The notes beneath the pieces are model-generated. The model did no database searches and was not told the origin of the DNA. It worked only from the letters and a program-made list of their open reading frames with translations. DNA of 64,000 nt from an uncultured Bacteroidaceae bacterium (GTDB taxonomy: Bacteria; Bacteroidota; Bacteroidia; Bacteroidales; Bacteroidaceae). Numbering within the stretch: the first letter of the stretch is position 1; the number at the start of each line of letters is the position of its first letter. The stretch lies in NCBI GenBank assembly GCA_964512955.1, contig CAZEKX010000001.1:7659-71658 (forward strand). The letters are read 5' to 3'. The position numbers and the translations under genes were made by a program. This document shows, one piece after another, positions 36,941-45,671 of the stretch.

Positions 36941-38283
36941 ATCTCAATAACGTTTTTGCGTTCCATGAATTGTTGCATCATTCCTGCCATACATACACTC
37001 TCTCTGCGTCGCAGTCGTGTTGTAGAGAAACGGTTGTTCAATATACACGAAGTAAATTCTTGTATTTCGTATCGCAGTCCGTAGCCGTCCCATTTGTAGA
37101 AGAACTTCTTGTTTTCGTTCTGGTCCTCGTATCGCAGTTCAAAATAGTCGGTTTTCCACCATGGTGCCGGTACGTATGCATACCCTTTTGTTCCCGAAAT
37201 TACAAGGTTGCCCTCGGTCTTTACACCTAATCCCAGTTTGAACGAACAAATAGCATTGGAGTATCTTATAACTCCCTTGGTATAAATATCGATGTTATTC
37301 TCTATTCGGGAATATATGTTCATGTTTTTATAGTCTACACCCATAAGTCTTACAATGGGTAACAGTGGGTAACTACCCAATTCGTAAAACGAACCTCCTG
37401 CTTGTTGTGGGTCGAACTCTCTTAGTGTCTTGTCGTCAAGTAGTTTCGACAGTGAAGCCTCTATGTCTACCACTTCGCCAATCACCCCCGATTTAATCAT
37501 CACCATCAAGTGGTTGAATGCCGGGCAGTGTGCCGTTTTGTTAGCCTCCATCAGAATTACTCCGTTTGCCTCGGCAAGAGAGAAGAGTTCCTTTGCCTCC
37601 TCTCCGTTCAGAACCATAGGAGTCTCCACCAATACATGCTTTTTAGCCGTTATGGCACTTTTAATGTAATTGTAGTGAGTGAGGTGCGGAGTGGCAATAT
37701 ACACAGCATCTACATTGCCCAGCAACTCTTCGAAACTATTGTATGGTTCAATACCTTTGTAGGAGTTTGCAAACTCTCTGTTAATATTGTTATCTGTGTC
37801 ATACGATGCCACAATCTCAATACCGTTCACCACGCTTGCTTCGTGTGGGAAACGTTTGGCAACTCTACCGCATCCAATTATTCCCACCCTTGTGTTGGTG
37901 GTTGTCTTGGTACGTATCATTGTTGAACTTATTCCCTCGGTACGTGGCAGGTACACCACTTGACACAACTCGTTCAAGTAATCGAATTGTCCCTCCCAGT
38001 CGCTTCCAATAGCAAAGATATCTACATTATATCTTTGTATATCATCAATCTTTTGCCCCACATAATCCTCAATAATAATCTTGTCGGCGAATCTGGTCTC
38101 TCTTACAGCCTCCACACGCTCCAGAACATTGTTTCGCACGTTCAGTTTTCCTCTGCCTCGGTCGAAACTATCGCTGGTAACTCCCACTATAAGATAATCG
38201 CCCAACTCTTTGGCTCTTCTGAGCAGGTTTATATGTCCTTGGTGCAAAAGGTCGTATGTACCGTATGTTATAACTGTTTTCAT
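36937..38283 (-). CDS. Fusion protein: TagD-like cytidylyltransferase domain plus Gfo/Idh/MocA-family oxidoreductase domain
   Basis: N-terminal ~130 aa with TYGTYDLLHQGHINLL (HxGH) and RTEGISSTMIR (RTxGISTT-like). Then a Rossmann segment VGIIGCGRVAKRF and the Gfo/Idh/MocA C-terminal region. Confidence 0.72.
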   Translation of the reverse strand: MKTVITYGTYDLLHQGHINLLRRAKELGDYLIVGVTSDSFDRGRGKLNVRNNVLERVEAVRETRFADKIIIEDYVGQKIDDIQRYNVDIFAIGSDWEGQFDYLNELCQVVYLPRTEGISSTMIRTKTTTNTRVGIIGCGRVAKRFPHEASVVNGIEIVASYDTDNNINREFANSYKGIEPYNSFEELLGNVDAVYIATPHLTHYNYIKSAITAKKHVLVETPMVLNGEEAKELFSLAEANGVILMEANKTAHCPAFNHLMVMIKSGVIGEVVDIEASLSKLLDDKTLREFDPQQAGGSFYELGSYPLLPIVRLMGVDYKNMNIYSRIENNIDIYTKGVIRYSNAICSFKLGLGVKTEGNLVISGTKGYAYVPAPWWKTDYFELRYEDQNENKKFFYKWDGYGLRYEIQEFTSCILNNRFSTTRLRRRESVCMAGMMQQFMERKNVIEI

Positions 38284-38341
38284 GTACAGAACAGATAAGT
38301 AGTAAATGTAATGGCAAAGTTATTAAAAACTATTGAATAAT

Positions 38342-38385
38342 AAAACAAATAGAAACAGATGATATCATCTGTTTCTATTTGTTTT
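38342..38385 (-). terminator. Hairpin terminator (44-bp perfect palindrome) at the end of the ECF sigma operon
   Basis: aaaacaaatagaaacagatgat | atcatctgtttctatttgtttt. It overlaps the last codons of the 38365-38844 gene. Confidence 0.7.
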
Positions 38386-38844
38386 ATTCTCTCGTTCTCT
38401 CGACATCTTTTTGAGCATGTCGCGTTGAAACATATCCTCTGCTCGTTGTACCTCCATAATCTTTCTTGCCGGTATAACCTTAAGGTATTTGCCTATGTAC
38501 TCTTTTTCGAGCTCGGCAATCTTAATCTTTGCATCTGCAAACTCATTCACCAACTGTTGGCACTGTTCATCGGTGCATTGCTCACCACGTTTCATACCCA
38601 CCTTTTTTCGTGCCTCTCTGTTTATGAGCCATTTGTTCTTTTGCAGTTCAAAGAACAGAGGAAAGAACCCTTCACACTCCTCGGGCGATAGGTTGGCATG
38701 CTTTGCAATGAACTCTTTTTGCTTGGATTGGAACTCCTCGTGCGAGAATTCATGCTTTCCTTTCTGTCTCTCTCCTTGTTCTTGTGCCTGTATCCCTGTC
38801 GATAGGGTAAACAGCATTAAAAGTGAAAATAGTATATGTTTCAT
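38365..38844 (-). CDS. Periplasmic helical protein (Spy/CpxP-like, sigma-operon associated)
   Basis: Signal peptide MKHILFSLLMLFTLSTGIQA. Charged helical repeats follow. It is the third gene of the sigma/anti-sigma operon. Confidence 0.45.
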   Translation of the reverse strand: MKHILFSLLMLFTLSTGIQAQEQGERQKGKHEFSHEEFQSKQKEFIAKHANLSPEECEGFFPLFFELQKNKWLINREARKKVGMKRGEQCTDEQCQQLVNEFADAKIKIAELEKEYIGKYLKVIPARKIMEVQRAEDMFQRDMLKKMSRERENKTNRNR

Positions 38845-38857
38845 ATATGTGTAATTT

Positions 38858-39211
38858 TTAGAAATCGGTATCGTTGTTTGTGAGGTAGCAATAGAATGTG
38901 TAGTCATCTATCTGGTAGTTATCCATGACATCGTCTATCGAGTAGTCCATGTTACTTGCTATATCGTTATATGCAATATCCTTTTCGGTTGTATTGTATA
39001 TTGCTATAGTACCTATGAACAGTACAACTATTGCCGCAGCATAACTCCATCGCTTGAACAGTGCTGTACCTATACTGCGTGTGCGATGCTTTACCTCTGC
39101 TTTTGGTGCATGAGGCAGGTTTTTCATAAGGTTGTCATGAAAATCTTGGAAATAGCCTTCGGGTGTTACAAAGGGATTTCTGTTCTTGTATTTCCTCTCT
39201 TCGATATTCAT
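38858..39211 (-). CDS. Putative anti-sigma factor (single-pass membrane protein)
   Basis: 117 aa with one TM helix (WSYAAAIVVLFIGTIAIY), directly downstream of the ECF sigma gene. Confidence 0.45.
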   Translation of the reverse strand: MNIEERKYKNRNPFVTPEGYFQDFHDNLMKNLPHAPKAEVKHRTRSIGTALFKRWSYAAAIVVLFIGTIAIYNTTEKDIAYNDIASNMDYSIDDVMDNYQIDDYTFYCYLTNNDTDF

Positions 39212-39255
39212 TGTTTATCTGTCTCTATTGTTTGACTCTTATATGTATAAAAGGT

Positions 39256-39819
39256 TTAATTCTTCTCTTCCAGATAATTCTCTATTTTCTTTACTGCTAT
39301 GTGATACGATGCCTTAAGGGCTCCTACCGTTGTACCCAGTATGGTGGATATCTCTTCGTACTTCATCTCGTCGAAATATTTCATTATGAATACAAGTCGC
39401 TGCTTCTCGGGGAGTAGGTTCACCGCTTCGTGAAACAGGGCGTCGGCATAGTCGCCATTAAAGAATGTATCGCACTCCAGTTGCTCGGCAACAGCACCTT
39501 CGGGGGTGTTCAGGGATATTGTGTTCTGTTGTTTACCAAGGAATGTAAGCGTCTCGTTTATGGCTATGCGGTATAGCCATGTCGACAGTCGGGAGTTACC
39601 CTTGAAGTTATCTATGTTGTTCCACGCCTTTATAAATGTGTTCTGCAACAGGTCGTTGGTATCGTCGTGTGTAAGTACCATGCGACGTATGTGCCAGTAG
39701 AGTGGCTCGCTATATCTCTTTACCACATTAGAGAATGCTCTCTCTCGCATACTGCTGTTTTGACCTTGCAGTTGTGCGATAATCTCTCTCTCGTTATATG
39801 ATTTCTCTTGTGGTGTCAT
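39256..39819 (-). CDS. ECF-type RNA polymerase sigma-70 factor
   Basis: Region 2 (DDTNDLLQNTFIKAW...STWLYRIAINE) and a region 4 HTH (EEISTILGTTVGALKASYHIAVKKI). Confidence 0.9.
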   Translation of the reverse strand: MTPQEKSYNEREIIAQLQGQNSSMRERAFSNVVKRYSEPLYWHIRRMVLTHDDTNDLLQNTFIKAWNNIDNFKGNSRLSTWLYRIAINETLTFLGKQQNTISLNTPEGAVAEQLECDTFFNGDYADALFHEAVNLLPEKQRLVFIMKYFDEMKYEEISTILGTTVGALKASYHIAVKKIENYLEEKN

Positions 39820-39860
39820 CTATTATTAGACTGCAAATGTTGTCTTTGGTTTAAACAACA

Positions 39861-40778
39861 CTATTTTATACCGAAGATTCTGCTCTCATCGGCTTTCTCT
39901 GTTGCCGGAAAAATCTCACGTGCTTCGTCAAGTAATATATTGTCGTCGTTATATCTCGACGAGAAGTGTCCTATGATTAGTTGTCCGACATGTGCGTTGC
40001 GTGCAATCTCTGCCGCTTGACGTGCTGTGGTGTGGAATGTCTCTTTGGCACGTACCTTCTCACTTTCGGCAAATGTGGCTTCGTGATAAAGAAGGTCGAC
40101 ACCTCTTATATATTTGATGTTTTGATGGCAGGGGAGTGTGTCGCTGCAGTAGGCGTAACTGCGCGAAGGGTCGGCTTCACGTGTAAGACGCTCATTGGGA
40201 ATAACCACGCCATCGGGGGTGATAAAGTCGTTCCCATCCTTTAACCCTCTGCGTAAATACTCCGGCACTTTGTAGAACTCCATCATCTCGCCTATAATGT
40301 GTCTTTTCTTTGGCTTTTCGCGAAACAGAAAACCGCAACATGGCAAACGGTGTTCCTGCGGAATTGTCTCCACCGTTATGGCGTTGTCTTCGTATATTAC
40401 GGTGTGTGATGTGGCATCGATGTCGTGGAATATCAGTTTGTATGGCAATCCTTTACAAAAGAAATCGAGTTGCGGTTTCATTATCTGCCTTAGTAATTTA
40501 TCGGCATAGATGTGTAACGGGGCTGTACGTCCCAAGAGCGAAAAACTCGAAATCATGCCTATGAGTCCAAAGCAGTGGTCGCCATGCAGGTGTGAAATGA
40601 ATACGGAACTTATTTGCGAAAACGATATGTGTTGTTTGCGTAGTTGTTGCTGTGTACCCTCGCCGCAATCTATCATGAACCATCGGTTGCCAACTCTTAC
40701 AACTTGCGATGATGCATTGTGGCGTGTGGTGGGTAGTGCCGAGCCGCATCCCAATATCTGTATCTCAAATGGTTCCAT
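39861..40778 (-). CDS. rnz: Ribonuclease Z
   Basis: 305 aa MBL fold with ILGCGSALP, FISHLHGDHCFGL and the C-terminal IGHFSSRY. Confidence 0.9.
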   Translation of the reverse strand: MEPFEIQILGCGSALPTTRHNASSQVVRVGNRWFMIDCGEGTQQQLRKQHISFSQISSVFISHLHGDHCFGLIGMISSFSLLGRTAPLHIYADKLLRQIMKPQLDFFCKGLPYKLIFHDIDATSHTVIYEDNAITVETIPQEHRLPCCGFLFREKPKKRHIIGEMMEFYKVPEYLRRGLKDGNDFITPDGVVIPNERLTREADPSRSYAYCSDTLPCHQNIKYIRGVDLLYHEATFAESEKVRAKETFHTTARQAAEIARNAHVGQLIIGHFSSRYNDDNILLDEAREIFPATEKADESRIFGIK

Positions 40779-40837
40779 GATACCTCTTTTTAATTGTTAT
40801 CGGATGCGAAGATAACGATTTATTGTAAACTTAGAAA

Positions 40838-41521
40838 TTACAAGGATACCATATTTTTCAATAAAAAGAATATGATAGGTACAAGAAGAGATGGTAGCAG
40901 GTTCAATGTCTTGCAATCCTTAATCTCCAGAATACTCAACCCCGATGCGGCAATAAGCACTCCACCGACAATGGAGATTTCTGTTACAAGGTTGTTGGGT
41001 ATGATGTTACCGGCACACATGGTTACAAGATATATGCCTCCTTGCCATATAAACAGTACAGGTGCGGCAAGTATCATTCCTATACCGTATGTTGTGGCAA
41101 GTACAGCCGATGTTACAAGGTCGAGTGTAGCATTGGTGAACAGGTAGGTGTTGTCGTCGTATAATGCACTCATCACCGGGCCTACTATGGATAGTGTACC
41201 AATGCAGTATAATAAAATTCCGGTTGAGAGTCCTTGTGCAAGGTTCGATGCCGAGAAACGGTTTACCATTCTGTTGAATCGGGCATTTATATCTATTACA
41301 GTTCCAATGAGACCACCTATTGCAAGGCTGACAATAAACAGTACCGGGTATTCGCTCTTAGGCAGATTGTTGCTCACAGCATTGAACCCGAGTGCCATTG
41401 CCGCAAGTCCCATTGCGGTGAACATTACCTTTTGGTATCTCTTTTTTATACCTCTTTTTGCATAGTGCCCGACAATACTTCCAATGACAATTGTTACAGT
41501 ATTTACTATTGTTCCTAACAT
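40838..41521 (-). CDS. DUF554-family membrane protein
   Basis: 227 aa polytopic membrane protein starting MLGTIVNTVTIVIGSIVG, typical of DUF554/YdfK-like proteins. Confidence 0.7.
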   Translation of the reverse strand: MLGTIVNTVTIVIGSIVGHYAKRGIKKRYQKVMFTAMGLAAMALGFNAVSNNLPKSEYPVLFIVSLAIGGLIGTVIDINARFNRMVNRFSASNLAQGLSTGILLYCIGTLSIVGPVMSALYDDNTYLFTNATLDLVTSAVLATTYGIGMILAAPVLFIWQGGIYLVTMCAGNIIPNNLVTEISIVGGVLIAASGLSILEIKDCKTLNLLPSLLVPIIFFLLKNMVSL

Positions 41522-41547
41522 CTTTCCTATCTATTCTATTTATAACA

Positions 41548-41575
41548 ATTGGGTGCATCGTACGATGCACCCAAT
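41548..41575 (-). terminator. Hairpin terminator downstream of tnaA
   Basis: attgggtgcatcg / ta / cgatgcacccaat. Confidence 0.7.
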
Positions 41576-41584
41576 GTGATTTAT

Positions 41585-43036
41585 TTACAGACTGTCGCCA
41601 AAATCTTCGCGGAATTTAGCGGCAAGTTTCTCTTGCCAATCACCTATAGGCTCTAAACGGCCAAAGAAGAATCGAAGGACATTGGGCTCCTCAACCCATT
41701 TTAATCCACCAATAAGATGGCGGTTATCGTAGAGCCATTTTACTCTGTCGGCGCAATATTTTATCTGTGAAAGTGTGAATACACGACGAGGGCAGGCAAG
41801 ACGTACCAACTCCATCTCGGCAAAATGCTCTTTGCCATCGGGTTCACGCTGTTCCGACAATGTACCGCGTTCCATACCTCTTATACCACCTGCTATGTAG
41901 AGAGCCGCTGCAAGCGAACCTGCAGGGTATTGACTCTGTGGCATACCTTTGAGGAACTCCATTGCATTTATGTGTGCTCCAAGTCCTCCTGCCGGCAGAA
42001 TCATAGGAATACCGTAGGAGTGAAGTTCCTTAACTAATTGTTCAATGAATATAGGACCTTGGTTTATAATATCCTCGTCCATGGTCTCCAACAAACCTAC
42101 AGCCATAGCCTCCATAGAACGAACCTCCATACCTCCGTATGTGAGGAATCCTTCGTATAAAGGTATAAACTCTTTCATCTTTATAATAAGTTTCTCGTTG
42201 TTGGAAACAATTGCTCCACCACGTGCAAAACCTAATTTACGACTCGAGAAATATATGAGGTCCATTTGGTCGCATAGTGTGCGTGTTATTTCGCGGATAC
42301 TCATGTTCTTGCAAGCCTCTTCTCTTGTTTTGATAAAGTAGAGGTTGTCCTGTAGCAGAGATGCATCGAGTACGGTTAGAATGCCGTTCTTTCTACATAG
42401 TTCTGCTACCTGCAACATGTTTTCGAGAGAAAGCGGTTGACCACCAATGAGGTTTGTACCCGACTCGATACGTACAAACGGAATATGTTCCGCACCAACC
42501 TCTTTTATAAGTGCTTCCAGTGCCGGTATGTCGAAATTGCCTTTGAACGGTTCATTGTTTTGTGGCTCTAAACCTATTGGACGCAATACCTCTACAACTG
42601 TTCCTCCCTTGCGTGTTATGTGTGCCTTTGTGGTGGTGAAATGGTAGTTCATGGGAACTACATCGCCAGGCTTTACAAATGCCTCGGCAAGAATGTTCTC
42701 ACATGCACGTCCTTGGTGTGCAGGCAAGAAAAACTCGGTACCGAAAACCTCTTTTATAACCTTTAAAAGACGGTTGCATGTCTCGGAACCGGCATAGGAG
42801 TCGTCTGCCTGAAACATTGCTGCTACTTGATTGTCCGACATGGCGTTTACTCCCGAATCGGTGAGCATATCCATATATACATCCTTGTTCTGTAACAGGA
42901 ATGTATTATTTCCCGCTTCATTTATCTTTTTTACTCGCTCTTCTACTGTTGGCAAGTACAGTTTTTGTACTACACGCACTTTGTGCATTTCCAAAGGTAC
43001 CTGCTCCTCCGATTTGTAAAATTTAATAGTTGACAT
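41585..43036 (-). CDS. tnaA: Tryptophanase / beta-eliminating lyase family (tryptophan indole-lyase or tyrosine phenol-lyase)
   Basis: 483 aa with DMLTDSGVNAMSDNQ, NYHFTTTKAH and the PLP-lysine region FSSRKLGFARGGA. Substrate preference cannot be decided from sequence by eye. Confidence 0.82.
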   Translation of the reverse strand: MSTIKFYKSEEQVPLEMHKVRVVQKLYLPTVEERVKKINEAGNNTFLLQNKDVYMDMLTDSGVNAMSDNQVAAMFQADDSYAGSETCNRLLKVIKEVFGTEFFLPAHQGRACENILAEAFVKPGDVVPMNYHFTTTKAHITRKGGTVVEVLRPIGLEPQNNEPFKGNFDIPALEALIKEVGAEHIPFVRIESGTNLIGGQPLSLENMLQVAELCRKNGILTVLDASLLQDNLYFIKTREEACKNMSIREITRTLCDQMDLIYFSSRKLGFARGGAIVSNNEKLIIKMKEFIPLYEGFLTYGGMEVRSMEAMAVGLLETMDEDIINQGPIFIEQLVKELHSYGIPMILPAGGLGAHINAMEFLKGMPQSQYPAGSLAAALYIAGGIRGMERGTLSEQREPDGKEHFAEMELVRLACPRRVFTLSQIKYCADRVKWLYDNRHLIGGLKWVEEPNVLRFFFGRLEPIGDWQEKLAAKFREDFGDSL

Positions 43037-43148
43037 TGAATTTATCCTTTTTGTTCTTAATCTTTTTGTTTCGTTGCAAAAATGGTATAATTATTTTAAT
43101 TTTACAATAAAAAAGCAAGTAAAAGTTTAAAAATATGTAATTTATTGT

Positions 43149-45164
43149 CTATATACTTGCTTCGCTAACAATTTTAGTCCTTTTATTCCTGTATTTATCT
43201 GTTGTTACGCGAACAGGAAGAGGGTGATTGTAACATACCCAAACAAGTATTGCTGTTGCCATTACACGGTCGTCGTGGTTGCCCTCCACGGCACCCATCT
43301 CTTTGCCGTTCTCCTTTATCTCGTACAGGTCGAGTTCATACGTTGTTTCCAAACAGCGCTCTATATATAATTGGTCGCGCATGGCTTTTATGAGAAAGTT
43401 TATTACCATGGGTTTTGTCGATGAGTTTGTGTGGAACCCCCAGCGACGCGGGTGTCCCTGTCTTATCTCTTGTAGCGATGTACGACTGTACAGGTTGCTG
43501 TATCGTCCAGCAATCTCATTCAGAATATATTCGAAATTGTTGCCTTCGGTTCCTTCGGTCTCCAATGTGTTCGATTCTATAACCAAAAGAGCATTGTCGT
43601 AGGCACGTGCAATCTCCACAGCCTTCCATGCAAGTTTATCGTGTTCTATGTGTCCATGCCAACAGGCTACAATTTCGGGTACTCCTCCGTCGAGCATTGC
43701 AATGCGGTCGGCAACAACAATACATGAGTAGTCGGCTTTCTCCGATAATCCACCGACATCCACCGTTACTATGTAGCGGTCGCGAATATGTTGCTCGCAA
43801 TCGGGCATGAGCCATATCCATAAACTATTCTCGTTACAGTTTTCGCCGGCATGTGCCGGAACAAATCGGCATGTCGGTTCACTCTTGTCTTCATGCAATA
43901 TGCTTTTGTCGTTTGCCACAATGTCGCCTTTGAATATTGGTGGAACACACGTGGTACGTATATTATGTACGTAAGATATCTTGAAGACTCTGCGACCGGT
44001 ACTCTGAAATGCTTCGTTGGCTGTGGATGGAAACTCCGAAAAGAGACGCCACTCATCGGGTAGTTCGCGACGTTTATCCCTGTACCATGCTATAGCCTCT
44101 AATGTTGCACCAAGACGAAACAACTGCTGTTCGTAGTCGTTCATGCTCTCAATGAAACTGTTGTAATGGTTTTTGTCTATCTCTTTACTGTAAAGGTCGA
44201 TACTGTACCAAGGTATGAACACCGGAGTGAAGTTGTTGCGTCCCTCAACTGCCTCTATCCATGTGCGGTGAAAAAAGTTTCCCACTCCTTTTGCTGTCGA
44301 TTCAAGAACCTTCATTGTATATGGTCCGCTTGCAATGGAACCGAAGATGGATTGAACAAGGTCCTCGGGTTTGCGTCCTGCGGTGGACTTCCACAAACCA
44401 ACTTCGGTGAGGTGTGCCATGCTTATATCTTCGCTTCTCAATGAGTCGGGCTTTTGTGATGAACCAAGTGAGTAGCGACTGTTGCTCCAACTTATTACAC
44501 GTGTCTTTGTTATACCTTGATAGGGGCTGGTATAAATCTTTTTCCCCTCGGTTGCCCAACGTGGATAGTTCTTTATGACCTTTGCCAACATACCGGCTAC
44601 TATGGACGACTGTTTTTCTATATCTCCACATATTACACTGTTCCAGTTGTGCCTGTGTACAAGTTGTATCCATAACATATAAAGTTGTGTGAGTGTGGAA
44701 CCTCCCCATTGACGTGCTTTGCACAGAATTATATCTATTGGTCTTTGTTGCATGCGTAACTCCTCCATTGTTTGCAGATATTTACGTTGGGGACGGTTTA
44801 GTGTGAAAGGTATATCGCGTCCTCTACCTTTGTCCGATATTATTGCCATGCTTCTTGCCCAATATTCGAAATCGTGGCATATACGTGTTTTGCAAAACTG
44901 CAACCAAAGTGCAACGACATCGTGCTGAGTGGTTTTCTTACCACTCTCTTGCAGGTATTTCTCAACGCCACATTCTGCAAGTCGAATTATCTTCTCACTG
45001 TTGCACATGGTTATGGGAAGGTACATCTTCTCCAATGGAAAACCCTCTATATTAACCCATTTACGGGCGATGCTCGTTGAGCCCTCGCCCGTAATGGGGT
45101 TATAGTATGCCGAAATAGTCTTTAGACGTTCTATATTTGTACTTATAATCTCTGTTCTGTCCAT
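43149..45164 (-). CDS. terL: Terminase large subunit
   Basis: ATPase Walker A-like ILCKARQWGGSTL and Walker B/coupling ISMAHLTEVG. RNaseH-like nuclease with YIVTVDVGG, LLVIESNT and GNHDDRVMA. The ATG at 45164 is preferred, because the ORF-track start at 45200 is a TTG. Confidence 0.85.
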   Translation of the reverse strand: MDRTEIISTNIERLKTISAYYNPITGEGSTSIARKWVNIEGFPLEKMYLPITMCNSEKIIRLAECGVEKYLQESGKKTTQHDVVALWLQFCKTRICHDFEYWARSMAIISDKGRGRDIPFTLNRPQRKYLQTMEELRMQQRPIDIILCKARQWGGSTLTQLYMLWIQLVHRHNWNSVICGDIEKQSSIVAGMLAKVIKNYPRWATEGKKIYTSPYQGITKTRVISWSNSRYSLGSSQKPDSLRSEDISMAHLTEVGLWKSTAGRKPEDLVQSIFGSIASGPYTMKVLESTAKGVGNFFHRTWIEAVEGRNNFTPVFIPWYSIDLYSKEIDKNHYNSFIESMNDYEQQLFRLGATLEAIAWYRDKRRELPDEWRLFSEFPSTANEAFQSTGRRVFKISYVHNIRTTCVPPIFKGDIVANDKSILHEDKSEPTCRFVPAHAGENCNENSLWIWLMPDCEQHIRDRYIVTVDVGGLSEKADYSCIVVADRIAMLDGGVPEIVACWHGHIEHDKLAWKAVEIARAYDNALLVIESNTLETEGTEGNNFEYILNEIAGRYSNLYSRTSLQEIRQGHPRRWGFHTNSSTKPMVINFLIKAMRDQLYIERCLETTYELDLYEIKENGKEMGAVEGNHDDRVMATAILVWVCYNHPLPVRVTTDKYRNKRTKIVSEASI

Positions 45165-45186
45165 GTTTTGCGGTTTTACCTCTGTT

Positions 45187-45669
45187 TTATATACCTGCAA
45201 GATTGGTTGAACGACGTCTCACTTTCCTTTTGTTACAGAACATGGCGAATATGTCTTTTACTTTGCTTAACCAGATGCTGTGCGTTTGATAATATTCACC
45301 GGTTGATGCTGTTTGACGCAGATGCAACCAACTGTAAATTATTTCATTTACCAAGTAGTCTTTTATCCTTTGGCGTAGTATTGCAGTAAGTTCGTCCCTC
45401 TTCTCATTTTCATTCTCATCTTCGAATACAATGCTTACATACTCGTCGTTAACATTGAACCCTACCGATGCAAAACGCATGGCAATGCTTGCCGCAAGTT
45501 CGTTTACTGCTTTTTGCAAGAATATACCGAACAACTCTTTTTCGTCGGTGGAACTTTGAACAGTGTCGGCATCTGTATCCTTGCGTTTAATGGCTTCGCC
45601 CATGTAGTATGTCTTTAAATCTACCTCTTGTTGTAGTTCTTCACGCTTTATTAAAACAATTCTTTCCAT
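45187..45669 (-). CDS. Phage-island small protein, paralog family member 1 (possible head-completion/connector protein)
   Basis: 160 aa. It shares YY.GEA.K, I..Y(L/I)V......W(L/M) and a basic C-terminus with 45672-46184 and 54461-54877. Confidence 0.4.
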   Translation of the reverse strand: MERIVLIKREELQQEVDLKTYYMGEAIKRKDTDADTVQSSTDEKELFGIFLQKAVNELAASIAMRFASVGFNVNDEYVSIVFEDENENEKRDELTAILRQRIKDYLVNEIIYSWLHLRQTASTGEYYQTHSIWLSKVKDIFAMFCNKRKVRRRSTNLAGI

Positions 45670-45671
45670 TT

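Noticed and set aside
43037-43148. att-site direct repeats flanking the phage island, comparing the left junction with the right junction at 54878-54905.
   Set aside because: Visual comparison found no shared segment longer than a few AT-rich bases. This negative is by eye only, and a computational repeat search is still needed.
45165-45200. Longer N-terminal extensions given by the ORF track for several genes. These are terL 45200, lplA 510, the nucleotidyltransferase 13194, murB 26909, RhuM/Fic 32117, the 964-aa ORF 51536, glnA 24652, the RSH gene 57764 and the hydrogenase 63974.
   Set aside because: Six of the extended starts (45200, 510, 13194, 26909, 32117 and 51536) are TTG codons. The other three (24652, 57764 and 63974) run through AT-rich leader. 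In every case an in-frame ATG downstream gives an N-terminus that matches the family, so the shorter coordinates are reported.
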